Source of the DNA: a virus
Lineage: Duplodnaviria; Caudoviricetes
Reading direction: 5' to 3' (one strand)
DNA length: 33,807 bases
IMG/VR virus record: IMGVR_UViG_3300027906_000068
Coordinates: 1 to 33,807 of that record
Positions 1-7,910 of the stretch are shown here, one piece after another (within the stretch, counting starts at the first letter, position 1; each line of letters begins with the position of its first letter). The notes below the pieces were generated by a model. It ran no database searches. It was not told the DNA's origin and saw only the letters and a program-made list of their open reading frames with translations. A program made the position numbers and the translations under genes.

Positions 1-253
1 GGTCGAGTTCGTCTGGTGCGTCAGCCACCTTTGAACTGAACTCGTATTTATCAGGGGCACCTTCTGGTTTCTCCGATTCGCTAGTTTCACTTTCAGCAGA
101 GGACTCATCCGAGTCTTGTTGATCCTGTACAGATTCAGCTTGCTGCTCTGTTCCAGTAGTCGCTTCAGTTGATTGCTCAGTTGTTGCGTCTACTGATTGC
201 TGCGTGTCGCCTTCATTTGTTTGGTTGGCTTCCGTCATCAGCGTTTCTGACAT
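1..253 (-). CDS. Capsid scaffold/assembly protein, N-terminal part (runs off the window edge)
   Basis: Not in the ORF track. ATG at 253 reads MSETLMTEANQTNEGDTQQ...EKPEGAPDKYEFSSK and stays open to the edge. The acidic low-complexity N-terminus, the APxKYEF motif and the position after portal and Bbp19-like genes match BPP-1-like scaffolds. Confidence 0.75.
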   Translation of the reverse strand, partial: MSETLMTEANQTNEGDTQQSVDATTEQSTEATTGTEQQAESVQDQQDSDESSAESETSESEKPEGAPDKYEFSSKVADAPDELD

Positions 254-557
254 TTTTTTGTTCCTTAATCATTGTCGGATACAACTCAGGGCAGAGAGTG
301 TGGATCGAGCTGAGAATCACCAAACCATAGTTCCTGCTACCTTCGCTAAATGACATTGTCATTGCGTTGGGGTTGAACGATGATCGGAAAACGCCCGCTT
401 GCTCCAGAAGTCTCCAGATAAATCTGCGACCCCTCTTGCTGCTCATGAGCCATTTAATGTCCGACTCTTCATTTTGGCGATCAATTCTTTCCGCTGACTT
501 TTTAGAGTCTTTGGATTTCTGTTGCGCCTTTAGGTCGAGAGGATTGTAATCACTCAT
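213..557 (-). CDS. Bbp19-like phage protein
   Basis: DIKWLMSSKRGRRFIWRLLEQAGVFRSSF...FSEGSRNYGL motif; lies directly downstream of the portal gene. Confidence 0.8.
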   Translation of the reverse strand: MSDYNPLDLKAQQKSKDSKKSAERIDRQNEESDIKWLMSSKRGRRFIWRLLEQAGVFRSSFNPNAMTMSFSEGSRNYGLVILSSIHTLCPELYPTMIKEQKNVRNADDGSQPNK

Positions 558-562
558 GGCCC

Positions 563-597
563 AATATATCTAGTAAAAATGATATTACGGTCACACC
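563..597 (-). promoter_or_regulatory. Putative late promoter, copy 1 (GGTGTGACCGTAA-N16-TATATT)
   Basis: Intergenic between portal and the Bbp19-like gene. The same 12-mer and 16-nt spacing to TAnnnT recur at 3078-3111 and 23817-23851. Confidence 0.7.
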
Positions 598-602
598 AAT
601 AG

Positions 603-2276
603 TTAAACCTCTAATGGTGATGGTGAGTTATAGCCACTAAATTGATTCATCATATCCATAGCGTTGCCTGCATCAACCTTTCCTAGTTTTGACATATTCT
701 CAGCAGCTTGATTTTCTGCTTCTTGCCTTGCCATCGCCTGCTGTGCTGCTGCCCTTTCTTTACGGATCTTCGCTACTCTTGGGCCTGCAACGATTAACTT
801 AGGATCTACACCTAACATCTCAGCGTATCCCTCAGCCCATGCGTCAGAGTCGAACTTGTCAAGAACGTCTGGCTTCATTTGTGCAACCATGCCCATATTG
901 TTCACATACCTATCAACACTATTTGTTCCAATAGCACGTTGTGCTTGTGCCAACATAGATACAAATTCAACGCTTAATTCCATCCCTTGAAGTTCTTCTG
1001 GAGCAGGTGGTATCAAATTAGAGTCGATCATTCTATTAAACGTATTATCTATCAATGGATCTAGCAATTCATTATGTAATCGCTCTAATACTGGCCCTAG
1101 CATTAACAGTTTCTCTTCATGACGCTCTGCTACTTCGGTTGCGGTCATCCGTGTATCAGTAGCATTAGCCAGCATCAAGAATAAATCAGCATAAAACGAA
1201 CCATTAATCCTTTGTCTTACGTCCTGTATGTCCATTAACAGGTGCTGAAGATTCAGGTTCACATTGAATGCAGTCTCAATTTTGCCTTGCTGACCATCAA
1301 CAAACGTAATTCCACCAGGAAGACTATCTACATCCCTATTCTTCATGTAGCTAGGTACTTGCAATGGTGGCTTTGTCTGATAATCAATGCCTTGCGCCTT
1401 GCGTAGTTGCTCATGCTGCAATTGTTTGATATCACCTAACGCTTCCATCCCTGGCGAATTACCATAAACATCACCACCAGAGACACCCCATCTAGGTATA
1501 ACAGCAGGAAAATCTTTATATCCACTTTCTCTTAGTACTTGTTCGCCATCTCCACCTAATTCAAAATAACAAGACTTGTAGGCCATGTTCATACTGTCCT
1601 TCTTCCCAACCTCACGCTCTCGATCATCACGAGGTTCTATTGCATGTATCAACGTAATCCATGAATCAAGATTCCCTCTGTCGAACAGATTCTTAACGGA
1701 CGTTGAACACTTCTTATATCCAAATTCTCTTACTATCTCTCCTACTGTCTTCTGAAATTCTCGATATAAAGTATTTACTCTCCCCTGATAATCTGTTGCA
1801 ATTGCATATTCTCCAACAGTTACAGGGTAATGGTGAATAGCTGTCTTGGGATCGGGAAGGATAATAGATCCAGCGGTGCCAAATGCTCCTAGCTCTTCAT
1901 ATACTCCATGCAATGTTCTATATGTATTGGACTTCTGAAACACTAATTGCATCCGCTCTGTTACCTCATTCAGCCACAATTTGACAGGAGCGTATCTATT
2001 TAATTCTGGATCAGCCGTGGCTAATCTAAACCAAGGTCTTGCAGGAGATGTAGCACCAGCCATCATGCCTGCACCAAGTGTCCTTAAGGCTCTTGTCCCT
2101 GTGTTGTCATAAATCGAATTATGCCTTCTTGTTCCTTTGTTTCTATCCTGATCAAAATAACGTCCATTCCTTGGGAGCAAGTAAGTTGTCACTTCTTGCC
2201 AATGCGACCACCATGTAGCCCTTTCGCTTCTTAGGTGACCCCATCTTGACAACAGGTCAGCACGTTTTGTTTTCAT
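603..2276 (-). CDS. Portal protein (head-to-tail connector, T7 gp8/Bbp21-like)
   Basis: 557 aa; motifs TSPARPWFRL, RW..GDVYGNSPGMEALGDIKQL and MTATEVAERHEEKLLMLGPVLERL. Confidence 0.95.
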   Translation of the reverse strand: MKTKRADLLSRWGHLRSERATWWSHWQEVTTYLLPRNGRYFDQDRNKGTRRHNSIYDNTGTRALRTLGAGMMAGATSPARPWFRLATADPELNRYAPVKLWLNEVTERMQLVFQKSNTYRTLHGVYEELGAFGTAGSIILPDPKTAIHHYPVTVGEYAIATDYQGRVNTLYREFQKTVGEIVREFGYKKCSTSVKNLFDRGNLDSWITLIHAIEPRDDREREVGKKDSMNMAYKSCYFELGGDGEQVLRESGYKDFPAVIPRWGVSGGDVYGNSPGMEALGDIKQLQHEQLRKAQGIDYQTKPPLQVPSYMKNRDVDSLPGGITFVDGQQGKIETAFNVNLNLQHLLMDIQDVRQRINGSFYADLFLMLANATDTRMTATEVAERHEEKLLMLGPVLERLHNELLDPLIDNTFNRMIDSNLIPPAPEELQGMELSVEFVSMLAQAQRAIGTNSVDRYVNNMGMVAQMKPDVLDKFDSDAWAEGYAEMLGVDPKLIVAGPRVAKIRKERAAAQQAMARQEAENQAAENMSKLGKVDAGNAMDMMNQFSGYNSPSPLEV

Positions 2277-2279
2277 TGT

Positions 2280-2603
2280 TTAGCCGCCTAATAAGGTGTT
2301 CGAACTTAGGTTCAATTGATTAGGATCTACTCCCCCACTGCCTGTCAGTAATGTTCCAGATGCTCCCTGTTTTGATGCTAATTCACTAGCATCTAATGCA
2401 TTTTCAACGTTAACCTCTTGCCTATTGGCTCTGTTGTACTCTTGCTCAGACCTTTCCATCTCTTGTTTCGCACGTTGTTCTGCACGTTCATTCGCTTCAC
2501 GTTGGTCTGATAATGCTCTCTCTTGCACCTTTCGTTGGTCGTTCGCATTCTTTACTGCCACATATGTCGATGCAGCTGTTACTACTACTGCTGTAACTAC
2601 CAT
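2280..2603 (-). CDS. Small virion-associated protein
   Basis: Hydrophobic N-terminus, coiled coil and a GTLLTG...TLLGG C-terminus, typical of the gene just upstream of portal in this phage group. Confidence 0.7.
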   Translation of the reverse strand: MVVTAVVVTAASTYVAVKNANDQRKVQERALSDQREANERAEQRAKQEMERSEQEYNRANRQEVNVENALDASELASKQGASGTLLTGSGGVDPNQLNLSSNTLLGG

Positions 2604-2605
2604 GA

Positions 2606-3118
2606 TTAAATCTCCTTAGAATACATGATTTCTTGCACACCATATTTTAATTTTGGTAGCAAGTTTGCTAAAGCGGTGTTTTCTTTAGCGTGCCACAACA
2701 TTAGTTTACAGCCTTCAGATTTTGCATAATCTTCTGTAGCTTTCAACAATCGCAAACCTAATCGTCCACCTCGGAATTCCTTTTTGACAAACAAAATGTC
2801 ATTCTGAGCAATTCTTAAGTCTGCATAATGCAAATGATGCACCATAATGTTCATAGAATATCCAATACAGACATCGCCTTGCATCGCTACATAAATAAAT
2901 AACCACCCTGTTGAATCTAATGCTTCATACAGTTCGTAGTTTGGTTTTAGCTTCATGATCTGTTTGTTGCGAGCAATCTCTTCGTAATGCTCTTCAAACA
3001 AAGAAAAATCTGCTAGTTCCTTAAATTCATTGTACGTGCAGAGTCTAATGTCAATTTTAGGAGTTCTATTTCTATCAACAGTACATGCACTGCTTGGTGT
3101 TACGGTCACACTTGGCAT
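2606..3118 (-). CDS. GNAT-family N-acetyltransferase
   Basis: Acetyl-CoA binding motif A (ILFVKKEFRGGRLGLRLL) and a C-terminal LLPKLKY segment. Confidence 0.85.
   Translation of the reverse strand: MPSVTVTPSSACTVDRNRTPKIDIRLCTYNEFKELADFSLFEEHYEEIARNKQIMKLKPNYELYEALDSTGWLFIYVAMQGDVCIGYSMNIMVHHLHYADLRIAQNDILFVKKEFRGGRLGLRLLKATEDYAKSEGCKLMLWHAKENTALANLLPKLKYGVQEIMYSKEI
3078..3111 (-). promoter_or_regulatory. Putative late promoter, copy 2 (GTGTGACCGTAA-N16-TACTGT)
   Basis: Same 12-mer and spacing as the other two copies; lies inside the 5' end of the GNAT ORF. Confidence 0.6.
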
Positions 3119-3681
3119 AAAGAATCTTTAGTTACGCAATCAAATATTATATGCACTCTGTCAGTCATGCCAACATTGTCTGCCGTGTGTAGCTTCTTGT
3201 GGTTAAACCACCAGACCTCACCCTCTTCAAACTTCTGCCTCTGATCTCCGCAAGTTTGGCTACACCACTCATTAGATTTCAGTACTAAATGGAACCGAGA
3301 GTAATGGTCCGCATATGTTCCCTGATCATTATGTTTAGTCACATGGCCGCTAGGTTTTAAATTAACGATAAGAAGTCTTCCCATATCTTTTACTTCCAAT
3401 TGCTCTAATATTGGTCGCATTAATGGTACTAATGCAGGCTTTAAATATTCCATGCAGGGATAATCGTAAGAGCCTGTATCCCATAAAACGTAATAAAGAC
3501 TCATCTTCAATGGACCTCTCACATATATCGACTCGGTATCTTTATGTGGTGAGTTAGTACACTTTTGCCTTGCGTCTATCTCCTTCCATAACTCAGGTTT
3601 AGCATCTAATAATTCAAGCAATGGCTCTACATCTAGCCCTTCTGCTATGCGAACGAAATTAGACTCTTGTGTAGGGATCAT
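3106..3681 (-). CDS. Aspartyl/asparaginyl beta-hydroxylase-like 2OG-Fe(II) oxygenase
   Basis: HxD (KHND), RFHLVL, GEVWWFNHKKLH and DRVHIIFD motifs. ATG 3681 follows GGAAGGAGG; 3702 is an alternative start. Confidence 0.85.
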   Translation of the reverse strand: MIPTQESNFVRIAEGLDVEPLLELLDAKPELWKEIDARQKCTNSPHKDTESIYVRGPLKMSLYYVLWDTGSYDYPCMEYLKPALVPLMRPILEQLEVKDMGRLLIVNLKPSGHVTKHNDQGTYADHYSRFHLVLKSNEWCSQTCGDQRQKFEEGEVWWFNHKKLHTADNVGMTDRVHIIFDCVTKDSLCQV

Positions 3682-4990
3682 ATTCCTCCTTCCTAGTGGC
3701 ATCGTTACGCCTTTTGATGTAGATGTCCTCTGGGATCTTCTTGGCTACCGGCAGGGCAAAGGTTAGTGCTAATGCATCAGCTAAGTCTGGTGATCCTGCA
3801 CCCTGCAATCTCTTCTTGATCTGGTCCTTGCTTTCCAATACTCGCCTACCAACATTGTCATACCAATAAATCGGTGTTGCTAGTTCTTGCTTGAGTGCTG
3901 TGTCATTTGGTATTGCCCCGCCTTCTTCTATCCATTGCTTCATTAACCACCACATCTCAGTTCTACGATTGGTAAATAACTCTGGCTTGGTTGCTTTCCC
4001 ACCGAATGGTATCTCGATGATGTCGTAGCCCAATTGCCTGAGCCTATCTATAACGCCTGATCCTGCACCTGCATCACAAAAAACCGCGTCAGGGTCATAT
4101 TCCTCGATCAGATTCGCCACCCTGGAAGCTAGTTCCATATTGTCTATGCCTCGATAAACAATAGGCTTGAAGCCCTGCCTGCCTCTCCTTCTGAACACAA
4201 CAGATCTGTCATCTCCAAAACGGGCCGGGTCGACACCTAATATGAGTGGAGCAAGTTCAACATCTGTCTTCTGATATACACGCTTAGCTGCTTCCTCTGT
4301 GTCTGATAATGAGATCAACTGGTCGTCCCCTTGCGCTGAGAAGTCGCATAGATACTCACGGGCGAAACTAGTCTCACTCATGTCTCGCTTGAGACGCTCA
4401 ACCTCTTGGGGAAATATCGATTCTGTGTCATATACCGTGTACCTTCCCGCTGACCAGTTCTCCTCCTCGATGGCTTTGTAATACAGCTCAGAGAACAAGT
4501 TAATACCAGACGGAGTGCCTATGAAAATCGCCCAACCTAGACGGTCACTGAGCGCAGGCTGACATACATCATCCCAAAGCTCAGGCTTAATCTGGGCAAC
4601 CTCGTCAATCACAATGCCATCCAATCTTAGACCTCTTAAAGCGTCAGCATTATCACCACCAAAGAGTCTAATGATCGCTCCATTATGTTTGAACTTCACG
4701 CTCAGTTCGCCTTCATTTATATCAAGTAGTGATGTCCTTCTGAGTGGTTCCAATTTTTCCTTGAGACGGGACCATGCAATAGCTTTCGCCTGACGAAGGA
4801 AGGGAGCCACATAAACGAACATTGCTAATTCTTTCTCTGTCTTAAGAGCTTTATCGCACAGTTCCATAATGGCCAACTCACTCTTGCCCGCACGTCTGTG
4901 AAGTGCTAGGACTCTGAAGCGTTCTTTCTTTAAATGTGCCTCCTCCTGCCATTTTCGAGGCGTGTAATCAAGAGTTATATTCGGTATCAA
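3659..4990 (-). CDS. terL: Terminase large subunit
   Basis: Walker A HRRAGKS, Walker B GIVIDE, coupling motif IGTP, nuclease motifs GVDPARFGDD and SPDLADALAL. Confidence 0.97.
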   Translation of the reverse strand: MIPNITLDYTPRKWQEEAHLKKERFRVLALHRRAGKSELAIMELCDKALKTEKELAMFVYVAPFLRQAKAIAWSRLKEKLEPLRRTSLLDINEGELSVKFKHNGAIIRLFGGDNADALRGLRLDGIVIDEVAQIKPELWDDVCQPALSDRLGWAIFIGTPSGINLFSELYYKAIEEENWSAGRYTVYDTESIFPQEVERLKRDMSETSFAREYLCDFSAQGDDQLISLSDTEEAAKRVYQKTDVELAPLILGVDPARFGDDRSVVFRRRGRQGFKPIVYRGIDNMELASRVANLIEEYDPDAVFCDAGAGSGVIDRLRQLGYDIIEIPFGGKATKPELFTNRRTEMWWLMKQWIEEGGAIPNDTALKQELATPIYWYDNVGRRVLESKDQIKKRLQGAGSPDLADALALTFALPVAKKIPEDIYIKRRNDATRKEEYDPYTRV

Positions 4991-5124
4991 ATTAGTTCCT
5001 CTTCATCTGTGGACAATGCACACTGATCAAGGCGTTTCTCTAGTTCTTCATCCGTAATCTCATACCTCAACCACTTATCTACAAAGTGTCCTGCAATATC
5101 CTGTTCAAATTGCAAGTCTCTCAC
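4987..5124 (-). CDS. 45-aa acidic hypothetical protein
   Basis: Not in the ORF track. Reads MRDLQFEQDIAGHFVDKWLRYEITDEELEKRLDQCALSTDEEELI. Its GTG overlaps the terS stop (GTGA) and its stop overlaps the terL TTG start (TTGA). Confidence 0.65.
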   Translation of the reverse strand: MRDLQFEQDIAGHFVDKWLRYEITDEELEKRLDQCALSTDEEELI

Positions 5125-5573
5125 TGTGGAACTCCTGTAGTCACTGTCACTGACACACCTCCCGAATGATCCACGTTCGTCTTATCACTCCATTTCTGTG
5201 GAAACCATTTTGCGAGGAGCTTCAAACGAATCTCAGACCGAACTCTTTGTTGCTGTATGAAAGCTGGATCAATTCTCTGCTGGTCATCTCCAATCATTCT
5301 TGGTTTTTCATCCACTATCTCAAGTATTTCATCCGCTATCCAATCCGCCCCCATCTCGCGCGCGCGTGTGAAGCGTTCAAGATAATCTTTCCCTTCATCA
5401 GTATCTTTATTCAACCAATTATAAATAGTTGAGTAAGCAGGCTTGCCTTCTTGTCTGCAATAAGAACGCAAAGTATTGCCAGAAGAGATCCAGAAGAAAA
5501 CCTCTTCCATGATTTCAGGATCAGGCTTTGCGACTGGCCTACCTGGTTTCAATTGTTTTCCAGCGGGTTGCAT
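5121..5573 (-). CDS. terS: Terminase small subunit (Sf6 gp1-like)
   Basis: HTH GNTLRSYCRQEGKPAYSTIYNWL, ARExGAD.IADEILEI and RLKLLAKW.PQKW; lies upstream of terL. Confidence 0.9.
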   Translation of the reverse strand: MQPAGKQLKPGRPVAKPDPEIMEEVFFWISSGNTLRSYCRQEGKPAYSTIYNWLNKDTDEGKDYLERFTRAREMGADWIADEILEIVDEKPRMIGDDQQRIDPAFIQQQRVRSEIRLKLLAKWFPQKWSDKTNVDHSGGVSVTVTTGVPQ

Positions 5574-5808
5574 AACTTACACGCTTTTCGTAACGACAGA
5601 TTTGCCCTATATAACCACGGCTAATACCCCCGAACATGAGAGAGAGGCAGCCGTAACCTATACCCCATTCTTCATGAAGCTGACGAAGAGCATCCACTAC
5701 TACTGGGGTAATTTTAGGGTTGTGGTTCGGGTGATCTTGAGCCACCCTATAACCCTGATCATTAACACCAACAACTGCTTTAGGTTTAACTGCTGTTGTT
5801 AGTGTCAT
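5539..5808 (-). CDS. HTH DNA-binding protein
   Basis: KIT..VVDALRQLHEE.GIGYGCLS.MFGGISRGYIGQIC helix-turn-helix pattern. Confidence 0.7.
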   Translation of the reverse strand: MTLTTAVKPKAVVGVNDQGYRVAQDHPNHNPKITPVVVDALRQLHEEWGIGYGCLSLMFGGISRGYIGQICRYEKRVSYATRWKTIETR

Positions 5809-5852
5809 TTAAGGGAAGTAAATTAATAAAAGAATAAATCATGAAGTAATAG

Positions 5853-6059
5853 CTAGCAATCCCTTCCAAAGATGAGTTCGTGAGCTGAGATATTAATATT
5901 GTTGTCCCAGGCTGTTTCCAGAACTTTCTTTTGCATGCTGGTGGGAACTAGGCCGGACTTCTGCCAGCGAGAAATAGATGCAGCATCCCGATGAACCGCA
6001 CGAGCTAGCGGACGAACACCATTGAACTCTTTAATTAATATTTGGACTGGAGTTTCCAT
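5853..6059 (-). CDS. Cro/YdaS-like HTH regulator
   Basis: LIKEFNGVRPLARAVHRDAASISRWQKSGLVP motif; likely ATG at 6059, next to operator palindromes. Confidence 0.75.
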   Translation of the reverse strand: METPVQILIKEFNGVRPLARAVHRDAASISRWQKSGLVPTSMQKKVLETAWDNNINISAHELIFGRDC

Positions 6060-6066
6060 ATGGGTA

Positions 6067-6085
6067 TGATGGCATATATGCAACA
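6067..6085. promoter_or_regulatory. Operator palindrome O1 (TGATG-N9-CAACA)
   Basis: One mismatch from TGTTG-N9-CAACA; just upstream of the cro-like start. Confidence 0.6.
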
Positions 6086-6137
6086 AGAAGTAAATGTGTT
6101 AAGAAATATTTCATCCTAGGGTCTTTCTGTTTACTAC

Positions 6138-6156
6138 TGTTGTTGTTACTGCAACA
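6138..6156. promoter_or_regulatory. Operator palindrome O2 (TGTTG-N9-CAACA)
   Basis: TGTTG TTGTTACTG CAACA, upstream of the first early gene. Confidence 0.65.
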
Positions 6157-6202
6157 CTACTCATATGGACGCAAGTTCATTTCTTTATCACGGAGTTATC
6201 CG

Positions 6203-6361
6203 ATGACAGCGATCACACTCAGGAACACCAAGCAAGAAATTATTGACGAAGCTGTTCCACTCATTGAAGACCAAGCTCAGCAAATTCAAGATCTCAAAGA
6301 GACTTTGAACGCAGCTTTGATCCTCCTCGGATTCGTTGCCGCCACCGCAGCACTTTTCTAA
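6203..6361 (+). CDS. Small early protein with coiled coil and C-terminal transmembrane helix
   Basis: MTAITLRNTKQEIID...ALILLGFVAATAALF; GGAG ribosome-binding site upstream of ATG 6203. Confidence 0.7.
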   Translation: MTAITLRNTKQEIIDEAVPLIEDQAQQIQDLKETLNAALILLGFVAATAALF

Positions 6362-6400
6362 AATGAGCGTACGAGTTGCAAAACAATTTGCATAACCGTG

Positions 6401-6423
6401 AGGGGGTTTAATCGCCCCCTTTT
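6401..6423 (+). terminator. Rho-independent terminator
   Basis: AGGGGG-TTTAATCG-CCCCCT stem-loop followed by TTT. Confidence 0.65.
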
Positions 6424-6438
6424 CGCTTGCTTGCATTA

Positions 6439-6457
6439 TGTTGGATTATATGCAACA
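6439..6457. promoter_or_regulatory. Operator palindrome O3 (TGTTG-N9-CAACA)
   Basis: TGTTG GATTATATG CAACA, preceded by a TTGCAT -35-like box, upstream of the recombination/replication operon. Confidence 0.65.
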
Positions 6458-6504
6458 CTAATAGCAGGTTGAATCCCTTAAAAGTTTTTACTTACAACAT
6501 TCAC

Positions 6505-6690
6505 ATGACACCCCAAGAAACTTACAACACCCTTCAGACAACTATCAAGTTTGGAGGGTCTTTCTCTAGGAAATTAGCTGAAGCTGCTTTAGCCGCTGAT
6601 GCTGATAACAAGGCTTTGATCTTTAGAACTTGGCCAAGACTCATCACTCAATACGGCCCTGGTTCAGCTATGTATTCGGAGGTCAGATAA
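6505..6690 (+). CDS. Hypothetical early protein
   Basis: MTPQETYNTLQTTIKFGGSFSRKLAEAALAADADNK...; the GGSF...ADxxN pattern is familiar from marine phages. Its stop overlaps the next ATG. Confidence 0.7.
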   Translation: MTPQETYNTLQTTIKFGGSFSRKLAEAALAADADNKALIFRTWPRLITQYGPGSAMYSEVR

Positions 6691-6938
6691 TGTCTGATTA
6701 CCATGAGATTTCCCTCAGAAGACATGAGGCAGAACTGGATCAACGTTACCAAGAGGAATATGAACGGGCAACGAATCCGAAGTTCTATTGGCACATCATC
6801 GCTAAAAACGATCACCTGCTTCCTATATGGGAGGAATACGCTGATTCAGAAGAAGAAAAAAATGACCTAATCCAATCTGCTAAGGATGATGGCCTCCACT
6901 ATTCATGCAAACAACATATTAAAAAAGAGTCTTACTAA
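6690..6938 (+). CDS. Hypothetical early protein
   Basis: ATG 6690 with a GGAGG ribosome-binding site; TAATG coupling at both ends. Confidence 0.7.
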   Translation: MSDYHEISLRRHEAELDQRYQEEYERATNPKFYWHIIAKNDHLLPIWEEYADSEEEKNDLIQSAKDDGLHYSCKQHIKKESY

Positions 6939-7906
6939 TGGAAACAAAACAAATTCCAATAACCGACGAGCAAAGTTGGTTAGAAAACAGATTGCTTGAT
7001 ATCACTTCAACTGAAGTATCAGCACTGTATGACCTATCTCCATATCAAACGGAGTTTGAGCTTTACCACCAAAAAAAAGAAAAGCTTGTCGTTCGTATTG
7101 AAGAAAATGAGCGGATGACTTGGGGGAAAAGGCTTGAGGATTCTATCGCTCATGGAGCAGCAGAGACTATGGGTTGGGAGGTAGAAAAGTTTGACGTTTA
7201 CATGAGTAACGAGAACAGACTTGGAAGTTCTTTCGATTACAAAATAAATAAGTCAAACAAATTTGATCCTCCTGAAGATGGAGTAGGAATTCTAGAAATA
7301 AAAAACGTAGACTTTTCTGCATATAAAAAACGGTGGAAAGACGATGGCAATGGAAACATTGAAGCACCAGAACATATAGAGCTACAGATCCAACACCAGA
7401 TGGAAGTAGCAGATATTAATTGGTGTGCATTAGTTGCATTAGTCGGTGGCAATACGCAAAAAATTATTTTTAGAAAAAGGGATAGGGCTATTGGAGAAGA
7501 CCTAACAAAAAAAGTTAGAGCGTTTTGGGAAAAGGTTAAAGCAGGTACACCACCAAATATTGATTACTTAAAAGATGCAGATTACATAATCAAAACTTTG
7601 CATAACCAAGCAGATGCAGGCGTGATGCTTAATGCTGATGATGACCTGGATGAATTGATAGATGAATACAACATGATCAACAAAGAGTTGCAATCAGTGA
7701 ATAGGGCCAAGGACAGTATCAAGGCACAGATTTTAGAACGCAGCCAAAAGGCATCAAAGATTATCTCTAAGTACGGCACAATCTCTTGTGGCATGTCCAA
7801 GGAGAGCAGAGGTAAGCTCATTACCAAAGACATGGTTGGTACATACCAGAGTCCAAGAAAGGGCTACAGAATGTTCCGCTTTACAAGTACACCTTCATCT
7901 AATTAA
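6938..7906 (+). CDS. YqaJ-like recombination exonuclease
   Basis: WLENR..ITSTE, WGKRLE, SSFD, ILEIK and QIQHQM motifs; adjacent to recT. Confidence 0.92.
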   Translation: METKQIPITDEQSWLENRLLDITSTEVSALYDLSPYQTEFELYHQKKEKLVVRIEENERMTWGKRLEDSIAHGAAETMGWEVEKFDVYMSNENRLGSSFDYKINKSNKFDPPEDGVGILEIKNVDFSAYKKRWKDDGNGNIEAPEHIELQIQHQMEVADINWCALVALVGGNTQKIIFRKRDRAIGEDLTKKVRAFWEKVKAGTPPNIDYLKDADYIIKTLHNQADAGVMLNADDDLDELIDEYNMINKELQSVNRAKDSIKAQILERSQKASKIISKYGTISCGMSKESRGKLITKDMVGTYQSPRKGYRMFRFTSTPSSN

Positions 7907-7910
7907 AAAA

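Noticed and set aside
6363-6395. 10-codon ORF and TGCAAA-N4-TTTGCA palindrome before the terminator
   Set aside because: Short enough to arise by chance, and it does not match the 19-bp operator consensus.
7788-7910. N-terminal extension of RecT in the ORF track
   Set aside because: It overlaps the exonuclease 3' end; ATG 7911, just after the upstream stop, fits better.
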